DNA of 64,000 bases, taken from positions 4,746,085-4,810,084 of the forward strand of contig JAHRHZ010000061.1 in the NCBI GenBank assembly GCA_024137785.1, written 5' to 3'. Position 1 is the first letter of the stretch; every line of letters begins with the position of its first letter. Under the pieces are notes generated by a model that ran no database searches, was not told the origin of the DNA, and saw only the letters and a program-made list of their open reading frames with translations. Made by a program: the position numbers and the translations under genes. This stretch comes from Ginglymostoma cirratum (Eukaryota). Below, piece by piece: positions 12,749 to 25,699 of the stretch.

Positions 12749-14079
12749 GCATGTAGATATTCACTAGTAGTTTGATAATTGTATTCCCTTTTATACAGAG
12801 AATTATATGTGCAATCTCTAAAAATTTTGGCTTCCTACATTTCAGGTCAGTATACTGTAATAATTTGAAGTAAATGCTTGCAAATCAGATTTAATGATTA
12901 GTGGAACTTTAAAGAAACATTGCATCAATAATATTGCATTTACCAGAAATGCAACTCTTGCTGGATGTAAAGTAGCATGTCTGCATTCAGAGAACTGCTT
13001 TAAAAAGTACATTACCTGAATATTAAATTATATCCAAGCTCGTTATTTCAGACAGGAGGATTGTTTAGCCAATAGCCATCTAAATGAGGAAATAGTTACT
13101 GCACAAAGGAAGAATTTTTGTTTCCTACAATTGCCTGTGTCTCAGTTAGTAAATTGCTCCTATTTATTTTTGGTGGTTTGGCTAAACTGTATTTCTGGTT
13201 CTATTATGTTAATTTATTTCCTGGATCTCCATTAAGAAATAACAAGTATTCTTTGAAGAATGTTGTTTCATGTTAATATCTAAAAGCCTTATTCTTCACT
13301 CTGTTTCTTTTAACTGGTTCTAATTGGTTGAATTATGTTGATTTTGTCAATAGGAGGTTTTGGGTCTAAAAACAAACATCACAGTTTAAGTGTATGCCTT
13401 TGCCTTTAAAAGCATTTTAAATCGTTTATACAAGACGTGTTTTGCATTTCAAAATTGAATGAATTTTAAGTTTCCATCTCTTAGATGCCTTTTTTAAAAT
13501 ATTTTTGCCCTTAACCTGAAGTTTTTGCTCAAGATTAAAATGCATTATCTTAAAATAAACGTAATTTGTCATAGATTTTCACCAAGTGCATTTTGTTTAG
13601 CCAAATGAGATATTGTCAATTGATAGTAAGTGATTACAACAGGATTATGTTATCAATTTGGTGAATTTATATAGTGACTTTTGCTATTTGTTTCTGCTGA
13701 GGCAGAAGACATCTCTTATAAAAAGTAGGTACTGCAGATAAATCATGATTAGAGTGAACTTCTTGACTAGTTGCAATAATTGGGGGGTGGTGTTGGGTGG
13801 GGGTATGGGAAGTTGTTAGACGGGCACATTTCTGATTTGGTTGCTCATATTACTATGAGTTTTTGTTTAGATCTCTGCTAGGAGTTGGTTTTCTGGATGT
13901 GTTGGAGTGTGTACACTGTGATACACAAGATAGTACTACTGTGTGGAGCAGGATGATGGACTAGGTCATTTGTTGTTTGCCATCATTCATATGTTCATAC
14001 AATCTTAGCACAATTACTATGACCTGACATAATATTAGCAATTAGACATTTTCTTTTGTTTCTGTGAACAACATTGCAG

Positions 14080-14169
14080 AACCTGAGGTTCCTTCCGCTA
14101 CTAGTTCATTTTCATCCATTTCAAATTTGACTTCCAAACTTGATGTCACGGAGATGGACCGGTTCAAAG
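14080..14169 (+). CDS. Exon S6, 90 bp, EPEVPSATSSFSSISNLTSKLDVTEMDRFK
   Basis: acattgcag acceptor, AAAG|gtagct donor, 30 codons; one N-glycosylation sequon (NLT). Confidence 0.85.
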
Positions 14170-14810
14170 GTAGCTGAGAAAATACAGCATGGGAAGCAAT
14201 TTCGCTGTAACTATTGAAATGAGCGTATTCATTTTGCATATTATTTTCAAATATTTACATCAATACAATATGCTCAATGGCTTATTCACTGCTGAGAGAT
14301 ACATTCATTTGTCACACATGAGCATGCACCAGCACAAAGTGCATTGTCAGCTCAATGGCTTAGTACAGCATTTATAAGCAATGTATTCAAGCATAAGTGA
14401 AGTCTATCTTGCATGGATACAACATCTTATTTAAATAAGAGATAAATCATTGCTTGGAAGAACTACACTGTTTGTCCATGTGTCTTTTTTGGCTGGTTAC
14501 CTGCATCATGCAGAATATTATGTGTATTTTCTATTCCCACATCTTCTGCTTTGACCACAGGCATTATGCAAAAAATGTTAATTTGTGTTGCAGCATGGAT
14601 TTTATGCACTGTTGCCTTTCTGAAGTATATTGGTGCAGCTGCTACACAATTCGTTATCTGAAATTTAGTCTGCCTACTGTTTGCATGAATTGTGCTCCTT
14701 GGGCCAAATTAAGCTTTTCTACGGATGTTGTGTATGTTGCTTTGTTCCCTCTATGAAGAAATGTTTTCAGATGTGATAAAAGGTGTGTTTTTTTTTGGGA
14801 ATAAAAACAG

Positions 14811-14891
14811 AACATGAGGAACCATCCTCCAAAGACTCCTTTTCACACACTACTTCTGAACCTCAAACAATGGATAACCAACAATTCCCAG
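14811..14891 (+). CDS. Exon S7, 81 bp, EHEEPSSKDSFSHTTSEPQTMDNQQFP
   Basis: aaaacag acceptor, CCAG|gtagtg donor, 27 codons, TSEP...MDNQ motif. Confidence 0.8.
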
Positions 14892-15274
14892 GTAGTGCCA
14901 TTAATATATGTAAAATAAATATTATGATTTCTTCACTGTGCCATATCACAATGCAATATGTTTATAAGTACTATATATTACATTAACTGCATCAATTCTA
15001 ATTCCTTAATTCACTTGTCAGTAAATTCCATTTCAATTAGCAATTAACAAGAGCACTTGGTTAAAATACGTTTTTTGAGCCATAAACTGATTTTGTTTAT
15101 AGTTGAGTTTTAACAAAGTACTTTGCTCAGATAACCTACTGTATCACACCCGTTGTTCTTTACTCTTATTCTACATTTAATCCTTTGTAATTCTATTTAA
15201 ATCAAGTATAACATGACTACATAGCTGCTATTTGATGTTGGTATATTATGTAAAATCATTTTGTTTTAATGGGA

Positions 15275-15524
15275 ACAAAAACAGAAATTGCTGGAAAAGC
15301 TCAGCAGGTCTGGCAGCATCTGTGAAGAAAAAAAAAATCAGGGTTAACGTTTCGGGTCCGGTGACCTTTCCTCAGAGCTGGTTCCTGTGAGGAGGAGTCA
15401 CCGGACTCAAAACGTTAATTCAGATTTTTTTCTTCGCAGATGCTGCCAGACCTGCTGAGCCTTTCCAGCAACTTCTGTTTTTGTTCCTGATTTACAGCAT
15501 CTGCAGTTCTTTTGGGGTTTTTTT
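15275..15524. mobile_element. Palindromic Penelope-type insert with minimal hammerhead core and about 15 bp target-site duplication
   Basis: About 100 bp inverted arms; tttgttttaatggga at 15260-15274 and 15525-15539; minus strand 15343-15376 reads CTGAGGA-AAGGTCACCGGACCC-GAAACGTT. Confidence 0.8.
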
Positions 15525-15535
15525 TTTGTTTTAAT

Positions 15536-16605
15536 GGGATGTTGGCAATACTGACAAGGCCAGCATTTGTTGCCCTAATTGCCTTTAAACTGAATGGTTT
15601 GATAGGTCATTTTAGTGCGCAGTTAAAATTCAACCACAATGCTGAGATTCTGGAGTCAAATCTGGGTAAGGATGGCAGATTTTTCTTTCTAAAGGGTATT
15701 AGTGAAATGATGGGATTTTACAAAAAAATCCCTTGTGACCATAGAATTGTTACTGAGACTACCTTTTCATGACGTAATCTAAAACACTACTGCAAATGGA
15801 GCTGATTGCTGGTTTAAACAAAACAAGAGGTTTATTCTGAAAGTGTGCATAGAGGAAACAGCATTCCAAGCGACTTCTTCCGTGATCGTAATTTGAGTCA
15901 TATATTTGTACAACTTGCTGTCTCATTAGGTATAGAATAGGTGCAATGATTACAGGCTTTAACAGCTGCCTGACGTGTTCTCACTAGTGCATTAAAAGGC
16001 AAAATACACCTATCCTAGTGCGCATTCCTTCGCACTGGGTCACTTTTGTCCCATTAATGCAGCATCTGACAGTTTGCAACAATAGGATGCTTGCCATTTC
16101 TGAAAGTACCTCACCTCATCCAGCCAAGGCAATCATCTCTTCTGCAAGTTAAATACTCCTTTTGAATCTGCAGTATCAACAGTATCCATCCCTTTAGAGG
16201 ATGCAGAGGAGTTTCACCCAATCCATCATAAAACCCTAACTAGATGATTATGGTTCCTGACATTGCAGGTATTCCAATCGTGGTGTCCCATTGTGTGTGT
16301 GTAAGGATGATTATCTTCCTATTTAGTTTACTGTAGTTACTATGCATCCAATATTAAATGATTTGATTACGGTATACACATTGGAGTTTTTCTAATATCT
16401 TGTCGGTGTCTTTGGCTCTGATGCACTTATTTATCTGACTATTAATTTCTGTACCTACTCTTCAAACTACAACATTTATAATTCTAGATTAATCAACATC
16501 TTTAAATTTTACTAACTGCCATGGTGGGATTTCAAACCATAATACCAGAGAATTAACACGGGACTCGTTGCTAGTCTGGTGACATTTGTACTATACTGCC
16601 GTCAT
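15536..16605 (-). mobile_element. SINE (same family as the copies at 41.5-59.8 kb) split by an insertion
   Basis: 15536-15769 and about 16480-16605 are reverse-complement matches to the 3' and 5' parts of the SINE at 59440-59800. Confidence 0.65.
15770..16474 (-). mobile_element. Probable solo LTR (705 bp) nested in the SINE
   Basis: TG...CA ends (tgacgtaat ... actacaaca), flanks ttca/ttta, minus-strand AATAAA about 60 bp from the 3' end, no coding signal. Confidence 0.5.
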
Positions 16606-16751
16606 CCTGTCTCCTGCCCTTACTGACATAGAAATTTCTGAGCTCTTCCTGTTCTATAGGCATTACTGTGTGTATAGCAGAAACCCATTTCACTTCCAAT
16701 GAAGCAACAGGATTAGCTCCATATTTCTGGCTATTATTTTAATCACTGCAG

Positions 16752-16781
16752 GATTTGCTGATGAATCAACAAACCAATATG
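16752..16781 (+). CDS. Possible 30 bp micro-exon GFADESTNQY (not counted in the total)
   Basis: ttttaatcactgcag acceptor, ATG|gtacat donor, symmetric phase 1; little homology to the other exons. Confidence 0.25.
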
Positions 16782-17204
16782 GTACATATTTGGTGGGTCA
16801 TAATGTAGTATCTTATCTGAACTTTAATCACTGGGTTGCATTTCTATGTTTACTTGCTATACCCAATGCATTGTCCTTCATTTAAGAAAGGTGTCTCCAA
16901 ATGGTGTATTTGCTGTTTAGGTGTATGAATGTTGAGTATTGTTGAATTAAGATATAAAGACCCACATTTGCAAAACTCTCAAGACAGCATCTAATGTTTG
17001 TTGTCCAACTAAAGAACCACATGTCTTGGATAATCCTGAGTGTGTGAGGAATTACATTGACAACCAGTTTAGGATTGTCACTTGGTCTCTATGTGATGCA
17101 CTTGAGTGTAATAGAAGCTACATAGATTAATACACAGGGCTCTGTTCTTTACAAACAGATAGAACATGTAAACACATTGCATCTGTTTGAGCTCAATAAA
17201 GTAG

Positions 17205-17495
17205 CTGACAGTCATTCCACAGTTCCTTTCTCAGGACAAGGCCCTGACCGATCAGAGTCAACCTACTGGTTGAAAATTAAAACAAAACTTGGCTGTTAAA
17301 TTTCAATCAGTGTTAATTGGTGCATTCTTCATGGCAATGCCTCTGCTAATCAGCACACTGTTCTCATGCAGTATCAATATTGGTTTGCCCCGTGAATTTG
17401 TATTCATCTGAAATGTTCTGATGACAGCAAGACAAAAAAAGCTTCTAAAATGTTTGTTTTTTTTCAGCAATATTCAAGTTCTGTACTGCCAAACA
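17205..17495 (+). mobile_element. Interspersed repeat with a degenerate hammerhead-like core
   Basis: ctgatga-cagcaagac-aaaaaaagcttc at 17418-17445 (CUGAUGA and palindromic AAGCTT present, G of GAAA absent). Confidence 0.4.
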
Positions 17496-18035
17496 TCTGT
17501 TTATATGAACATGCTTTTTGATAATTCTATTTTACCCCATGTAACCTTTTAAGTAGTAGTAGTATAAAATTACGCAGTGTTGATTGATCTATTGTGGCAT
17601 CGAGTGAGATTTTTTTAATCCATAACAGCAGCCATACAGTATGAGTCCTATAGGGTCAGATACCATGCATCACCTCATTCCCCCAATAAATTCTGTTGTT
17701 CCATGATAGCGTTTCTCTTGTATTCTCCTTACGCCATTCTCTTTTTGTTCAAAAGTCTCTTCCTCTCTTTCTTACATTCTTATTTCCATTCCTTCCTGTC
17801 CATCCCATAAATTGGTCACTCTGCTTCTATCTTTCAACCGATCCTAATTAGCAGGATCTAAATTTTATGTCTGAAAAATCACTGTCAAATGATGTAGTTT
17901 TCTATCTATATGTCTCTCCTTTAACATGAAGGGTTGATTGCTTTCATGATCTGTCATTTAGCCCTCTCCACTCCCAACTATCTCTGTGGAGTTTGTTTTC
18001 TTTTCATGATCTTGGCTGGCTAATCTCACAACTGT

Positions 18036-18074
18036 GTTTGTTTGTTTGTTTGTTTGTTTGTTTGTTTGTTTGTT
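18036..18074. repeat. (GTTT)n microsatellite
   Basis: About 9-10 perfect units. Confidence 0.97.
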
Positions 18075-18820
18075 CTGACATTAGCTGATTAAGCAGATCT
18101 GTCCTTATAAAACCATTGTTCGTTTACTTTCTGTGAGGGAGTGGCCATCTGTTTTGAAACTGTGATCCAGGGCTCTGCTGTTAGAAGGGATCTGCACGAA
18201 AATACTGGTTTTCTTTTCCCTTCAGGCTTATTTAACTGTGCTTTATTTTTTTGACTCATGAATATAAGATTTAATAAATCAGATACATAAATGGCTACAC
18301 TTTGCATGTAAAAATGTGATATTTTAAACTAAAAGTTTGAGGGTGTTGTATGCAACATAAATTTCCATGCACTATTTGTTTTAACATCATTATTTTCTAA
18401 ATTTAAAGTAGCAAATAACAATATATAATTGGTCCATCTTAAATTTGCTGCCTAGCTCAAGTCAAAACCTAAGTTTACTATTCCATGTTCGTAGAGTCAG
18501 TGAGATCATAAGAACCTTGTAGTGCATGTAGCAAGCATTGAGTGTTATTTTGGAAGAAGATTGGACAACAGGCAAATAATTATAGCAGAGAACGTTACAA
18601 CTATTGAGTAGGAAAATAACTGTTGAGTAAGAAGATTGGGTTGATTGTTGAAAGAATTCAGGAGTATCAGCTAAAGGAAGTGCCGTAGTGACTCAGAGAC
18701 CTGTATCTTTTGTGGAGAAAGATGTAGAAAGATTGTGATTCCTGGAGGAAAACATCCATAGAAGGAAACTTAATGGATCCAATGTGAGTCCTGCTGTGGA
18801 ATTTGAAAAACATTGGTCTT

Positions 18821-19164
18821 ATAGAGTCATACAGCATGGAAACAGACCCTTCAGTCCAAACTCATCCACGCCAACCAGACTTAGTCCTATTTGCCAGCAT
18901 TTGGCCCATATCCCATTAAACCCTTTCTATTCATACATGCATCCAGATGCCTTTAAAATGTCATAATTGTACCCACCTTCACCACTTCCTCTGGCAGGTT
19001 GTTCCATACAGACACCACCCTCTGCACGAAATTGTTACCCCTCATGTTCTTTTTAAAACTTTCCCCTCTCATCTTAATATGCCCTCGAGCTTTGGACTCC
19101 CAAACCCTGGGGAAAAGACCTTGGCTATTCACCCAATCCATGTCCCACATGATTTTATGAACTT
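18821..19164 (-). mobile_element. CR1/HER1-type LINE 3' end
   Basis: Minus ORF LFPRVWESKARGH...QRVVSVWNNLPEEVV; tail reverse complement ctgtatgactctat. Confidence 0.9.
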
Positions 19165-20244
19165 TTTAAGAACTTGGTGTTCACTTTGTTTTAACTTCAT
19201 GTTTATAGGAAATGGATTGAAAAAGCCTCAGGTGCGTTCCCTAGCAATGTACTAAATAATCACTAATGATTGGTGCAAGCTATTGAAAGAAATTGTAACA
19301 ACACATAAACTTTGGTTAAAAAGCAAACTTGAGATTTTGATTACATTTGACTTTTGATGCTGAGCTAAAGCTTTAATATTGAATTTGTTCAGTTATGCCT
19401 TTGTTTTGCTTTTGGGATAATGTGCCATAATATTTTTCACCCACAAAACAAAACAACTTGCATTTATATACCATTTTTTTACATCACAAAGTTTTCAAGA
19501 TGCTTCACAGGAACATTATTAATCAAAAGTTTATGCAATTGAAACAATTGCCTTCATTTTTTACCATCAGTTAATATTCTCAGGCACTAAGATGTTGATT
19601 GTTCTGCTCCAATAATCATGGTTGTGGTATTTACTCTCAAAAAAAAAAGCTTCACATCATTTTAGTTCACCTTTTCTCTGATATGCACACCATAAATATG
19701 CTATGACTTACGAAAAGTCTCAATAATTGTTCTCTCACAGTCCTGCAGTGGACGCTGCCCAGTGTTCAAATAACAATCAGAATATGCTCCAACTATCAGG
19801 ATTTAGAATGGCAGTATGAATGTTTAGCTGATCATGTCCTGAAATATGTTGACTAAACAAGGAAAGTCCAAACGAGCTGGCTTGTGTTTAAATAATATTT
19901 GTATTGAAAGGAAATTAGATTGTAACATTTTCAAAACTGAGGACCCAATCTCATTTGAATTCAATTTGTAGACTTTGTGTAAAATAAGCACATAATTCAA
20001 TTCTTCTAATTTTTTTTAGAAGTCAAACTGTGATGGTTTTGTCAAGGATGCTCACTAGTTAAATTTCACATTAGACCAGTTTTACAGACTCTGTTCTGTG
20101 GTTATTACATTACGTCTGTTTCCACTTCTGAACAATTAATCAACTGTTTTGAAAATGGAAAGTATAAATGTCTTTTACTACAGTTGATGTCATTAATCCC
20201 ATGTGGTCAAAAAACTTATTTCATTTTTCCAAACTACATTGCAG

Positions 20245-20334
20245 AGTATGGGGTATTATCCTCCATCATCTCAAATATTATCACTTTACGTACGACCTCT
20301 GAACCTGATGCCATGGACAACCAAGAATTCACAG
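20245..20334 (+). CDS. Exon S8, 90 bp, EYGVLSSIISNIITLRTTSEPDAMDNQEFT
   Basis: acattgcag acceptor, ACAG|gtagtt donor, 30 codons. Confidence 0.85.
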
Positions 20335-21419
20335 GTAGTTGTAGTTATGGGTATGATGTAGTCATGAACTTCATTGTAGAAAGCATCGTTTACTTGGATG
20401 GATGAGCTGTTTTGCTGGGTCAACATACTCTTCTTCATTACATATGCCAAATAAAGTTGAACACACATTTTGAAGATGTCATTCAGTTTGTTGACATATA
20501 TTTTATTTGTTCTCATTTTGTCTCTATCTATCCTTTTCATTTTAGCATTTGCATCTGTATGATTGTATATTTCTTGCATTGTCTTCATCAACTTGAAGTT
20601 AACGTGTGTGATACTTCTTTCAGTTGGATTAACTGTTTTGTAAATTTTACATCTCCTTTCACTTTCTATTGGTTTCTTTCATATTCGACTTAAATCAGTT
20701 TATATGCTTAGATCATATTAGGCAACTCTGGAGACTTTGTTATAGTGAGTAGTAAATGCCATTTAAAAACTACAGATCTTTATCTGGCCACTGTCTGCAG
20801 ACAAGGGTTAGAGGAATACAGGGCGACTATTAGGCTATGAAATTTCATGTTACAATAACAAGAAGTTTGTTTGCTGAGATTTCAATTTTGTGCTGTGTGC
20901 CATCCAATTAGTGAACAGTTTCTTTAATTAAGTTTAATTAATTAAATTTGTTAAGCTTCTTTAACTCAGTAATTGAGTTCAACTTCGTTATAAAATCAAA
21001 TTGGCATTTAGATTTTTTTTCAAATAAATTAGTTTACTGCTAACAGAACAACCCACTCAAATATGTTCAGTTTTCTCTAAATATGCAGTATTGGCACTTG
21101 GTGACCTATTTTACAAAGCACAATTGTTTGTTTATTATACAATCATAAAAAAAAGAAACAAAATAGCAAAACAATGAATCGATATAAATAAGGGTTTAAT
21201 ATTTACTCTTGTCTGTTTTTATGACATAATATGTCAGCCCTCTGTACTTCGTTCACTAAATGCATTGTTTGTTCACATGCATTAGAGTTCACTTTTTATT
21301 TAATGTTTTCATTTGCCAGTAAACTTATAATGTGAAAAATGACTTTATTTTCTGCCATTTGGCAGCATATCAATTGGCATTTTCGTTCATTTGACAACAC
21401 CGCACTTAAAGTACCTTAT

Positions 21420-21880
21420 ACAGTGTCTGTTTCCTTATCTAGGAAGAATATACTTCCCATTGTAGCAAAGATTTGTTATATAGATTTTAGGCTGAGGGGG
21501 CAGTCTTATGAATAGAGATTGAGTGGAATGGACCTGTATTTTCTGAAGATTAGAAGAATGAGAAATGATCAATTTTGAGGGCTTGCCAATGTTGATGTTG
21601 TTTTCCTTGACCAGGAGGCCATTGTCTCAGGATGAGAGCTCAACCATTTAAGAAATATGAGAGGAGAAATTTCAGAGTGGTGAATATTCTAAATTCTGTC
21701 TCCTGGAAGGTTAATAATGCACAGTTGTCTGGTATATTCAAGACTGCAACTTTCATGTACCAAAGGAGTCAAGGGCTATGGAGATTGGGCAGTAAAGTGG
21801 TTTTGATGTGGATGTTCACATGTAATTTTATTGAAGGGAGGTGCAGATTTGATTATGGCCTTACTCCTGCTACTTTACTT
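21420..21880 (+). mobile_element. Decayed CR1-type LINE 3' fragment
   Basis: ttctgaagattagaagaatgagaaatgatc...tcagagtggtgaatattctaaattctgt...atggccttactcctgct. Confidence 0.6.
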
Positions 21881-21931
21881 TTATGTTTTTATGACAGAAT
21901 TTGCTTTTCATTTTCTCTTACTAAATTACAG

Positions 21932-22021
21932 AACCTGAGATTCACCTCAATGTCGATTCATCACCTACCACGTCAAAAAAAAATTATGAATTTGATTCTA
22001 CACAAAGGAAGCAGATTTCAG
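21932..22021 (+). CDS. Exon S9, 90 bp, EPEIHLNVDSSPTTSKKNYEFDSTQRKQIS
   Basis: pyrimidine tract plus aattacag acceptor, TCAG|gtagta donor, 30 codons. Confidence 0.8.
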
Positions 22022-22583
22022 GTAGTACATAAAAATGTATGGATAGCATGGATATTCACTTTGTCTGAAGATGACACGTACACCATTGGAATGCAGCACA
22101 TGTCACTTTGTCAGTATAACTCAGCCATACACTTCCATACCCTTGAAGTTCTGAATTGTTCCAATCAGTATCACATAGTAATGCAGAATGATAAATTAGA
22201 AAAAAAGTTGAGTCTGTGTCGCTCGAAGGTATGTTCAAGAACAATGATTCTGCTGTTCTGAAGTTCTGACAGATTGAGCCCTCCCATCAGATTAAAAGGT
22301 CATATTTGCATGAACTATATTAATAAGTCTCAACTTTGCATGGAAATGAAATGGAATGTTTTTATAAATTGTTAAAACTGATTATAGGTGGATTACTTCA
22401 GTGGACTGCTTGGCTTCATATTATATTCTGCCATGCTTGCCACAGCATCTGTTTTTGTAGCTGATAAATTAGGCATGATATTAGGCAAGCTACAGTGTTT
22501 ATCTTCCACTGTAGGTGCTATTGTGCACAGTAGTTGAGCTGATCACAGAAATGTTTTATTTGTATTCTTTAACTAAGTTCCAG

Positions 22584-22670
22584 AATTTGAGGCACCATTC
22601 TCCAGCAATACACCTGTCAACAATTTAAAAACAACTCCACTTGATGTCATGGACACAAAACAATCCAAAG
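22584..22670 (+). CDS. Exon S10, 87 bp, EFEAPFSSNTPVNNLKTTPLDVMDTKQSK
   Basis: gttccag acceptor, AAAG|gtactc donor, 29 codons. Confidence 0.8.
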
Positions 22671-25600
22671 GTACTCACAATAAGACACATGAACTGACTT
22701 TGATTTTCATTTGTGTGAAATATGACAATTGCTAATCTGTAATCAACATCCTTAACTCAAAATATGCGATGGCTAGTAACGATTTTGATGGGTATGTTTA
22801 CATGCAGTAGATTCCTAACTAATGGAATATATTTTGCATAGAAGTACATTAAGATCTTTTGTGAAACTTGTTTCCTGATAGGTAGCTCAGAACTATCTTC
22901 TAAATTGAGAGGAATGTAGTGCAAGATTAGTATTGTCCAGTTGTATGCTTGAGATGAATTGTTTACTTGTCAATAACTATTAACCATTGTTCCTGTCATA
23001 TTGAATTGAACTCATTAATTCTGCTAGTAAGACAAATTCCCCAGAATACCTGCCTAAATGGATAGTCTTTTACTTAACACTCCGAAGAGATTGCATGGCT
23101 GTGAGTTGATGAAGGAAGTCACTGCATACTCTATGGAGCAGACCCAGTGAACTAGTTTGGTTAAATGGGGATGACCTGAGGTTTGGGCATTATACATTTA
23201 ACTATCGTGCTATGCTTGTGTGGAATGGCTGAATTAACTTCACATGTGAAGTTATGAATGGGACAGATTTCAAATTTTAAATTTTCCAACTTTGAACAAT
23301 TGGTTATACTTTTACAGTAAAAGCAAAATGACACTTTTTTTGGACTCCTCTCTGAAAACTTTTTCTACTTGAGGTTTATTTGACAAGGCATTTTATCTCA
23401 GCAAGAATACGATCTTAAAATATTTCAGTTGATTTGTCTTTATTAGTGGTAAGAGATCCCTCTTTCATTTAAAAAAAAATCTTGAAAAATATTAACATGA
23501 GCCAAAATTTAGAAAGCAGAGAATCGTGTATGTGCAGGGATTGTTGAGAGATGAGTAAGCACTGTCCCCCAGGATGAGTATTGAATATCTGTTGAGCATT
23601 ATCTAGAATACTGGATCTTACGGGAGAAATTTCCTCAGTTGGTAAAGTAATATGTGGTCCTGAATTTTTATGCATCTGGAGAGGCTCTATATGTCAGCAA
23701 AAATGGCAGTGGAAACTGAAGGTCTAAAGTCTCCCTTGTGAACTTACCTCCTACTGTTTATGCATAGGGTAGAGACAAACATTACACATCCAAGTTTCAT
23801 AAAGGTAACTGCATACTTTAAAGTGCAGCTGCCTTCAGGCTCACCTGGTTGTTGGAAGAAGGGGATGGTAATATGCCTTGTGTACTTAAGATTTGGTATG
23901 AAAAGTTCTAAGTTTATTAGAATTCTCTGAAGAGGTAGGATAACCTTTTGGTAAGGTACTGTTTGGGAGTCTTCAAATACACTCTGTGATTGTTAAAAGT
24001 GTGTCAGAAATGGATGAAATGTTTGGAACTGCCAAGCTCTGAAGGTATTTAAATATTTGAAAAAGAAACTATCTGGAGTTGTTTTAACAATCTGTACTTC
24101 CTACTTCACTCTGTATTTGTGATCTGAATGAAGCCATTGCAGGCATTGTCCAGAATTTTGCAAATGATAGGAAGAATTGCATCACTGCATGAGAACCAGA
24201 ATAGTTCATGTTGTAGCTTTTGTCTTTTCATAAAATCCACTTTTTATTTAATTCCCAGACATCTTTGCCGATGGGCTATACAGCTTCTTTATGTTTCATT
24301 TTGCATGGGAGGATAAAGGCTATTATCTCTTTTCTTTGTCCTTGATGAATTTGTAATATGGCAAGTGACTGCCTGTTAATGCACTTTCTTTCATTTTTCC
24401 TGCGCCATCTACAAATTAAATTAAATAACTTACATTAATGCATTTTTTGCAACATCTGTGCTAAGGAACAACCTCAAATTTGCAATCACCAACGAAAGCA
24501 CTTTGAGGCACCCATTCAAAATGGGGATGGATTATTGTAGACCAGTAGCTGTTTTTGCTTAGAATGGGAGGCAGAATTGGCAGTTTGATAATAACTGACA
24601 TTATTTTCAATGAGATGCTTAATTCTAACAGCAGATATAAGGCATAGTTGTAACCACTTCCTGAGGAAAATGCCATAACACTGCGCAGATTATAAGAACC
24701 TTAGGCACATGTTCCATGTACACTGGGCAGTGCTTAAAGCATGTTTAAACTCATTCTAGCTTTGGGCTAGACTGAATCAGTATTCTTTGGAAAAGAAAAA
24801 GTATTGTTTCTCCAGTCACTGGATCAACGTTATAACTCTGTTGCCACCCTCCTCCTGACTGCCAGGACCTACCCTAGCGCAGCTGCTGGCATGGCATTCA
24901 GCCAAAATAGGTTCTAACCAAGTCAAAAAGCTGCCTCAGATTACCTGATGGGTGCCCACAGTTGCCTGTAATATTGACATGAAAAAGGAGGCCCAAAATG
25001 TGGTGAACTCCTGATTTAAGCATGCATAGCAAGAAGATCACCAACATTCTGCCTGAGTCCAAGCTTAATCTAATTTCTCCTCCATTATTTCTTGCTTAAC
25101 TCTTCATTAGCTTCCAGCCATACTTTTGAGAAAATTATAGAAAATTCATGTGCCTTGACCTGTTGATTTCAAAACCATGAAATGGACATTGGTTTAAGAA
25201 TGTGAGACATTAAAGATTAAATTATTTCTGCCTGGGGAGATTATCCTTACTGTAATGGCTGTAAATGTCCCAGAAGAAATGTAAATCCCAAGTCAAACCA
25301 GCTGTACTGTTGTTGATTTTTTCATCTTCATCAGCCAATACTAAATTTAGGTTGCTATGTTTCCATCTTTCATAATCCCACTGACTCTGGAATAGAAAAG
25401 GTGGTTCTCCTTCAATAGATCTGTGCATAAATGTACATCTTGTACGGTACTGAGACATTTGGATCAATAGGAGAGAAACTTTCTGCAATCTGTGTGTTGT
25501 TACTTTTTAGGTTATGTTTCCTTCCATTATTGATTTTTCACAGAATGCATAATATTTAAGACAATATCCATTTGAATAACCTTAGAGAAAGCACCAAGGT

Positions 25601-25699
25601 GGCAAAGACTCAGAACACACTCTACGTGGAGGACTTCAATTTTTATCACCAATAATGGCCCAATAAACCACCACTGACGAACCCTGTTGAGTCTTAAAG

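Noticed and set aside
21632-22261. 209 aa ORF, the longest gap-free ORF in the track
   Set aside because: Runs through a decayed CR1 fragment and crosses exon S9 out of frame.
23480-25080. Possible decayed DNA transposon (also 63477-63650)
   Set aside because: No convincing terminal inverted repeats, target-site duplication or transposase motif visible by eye.
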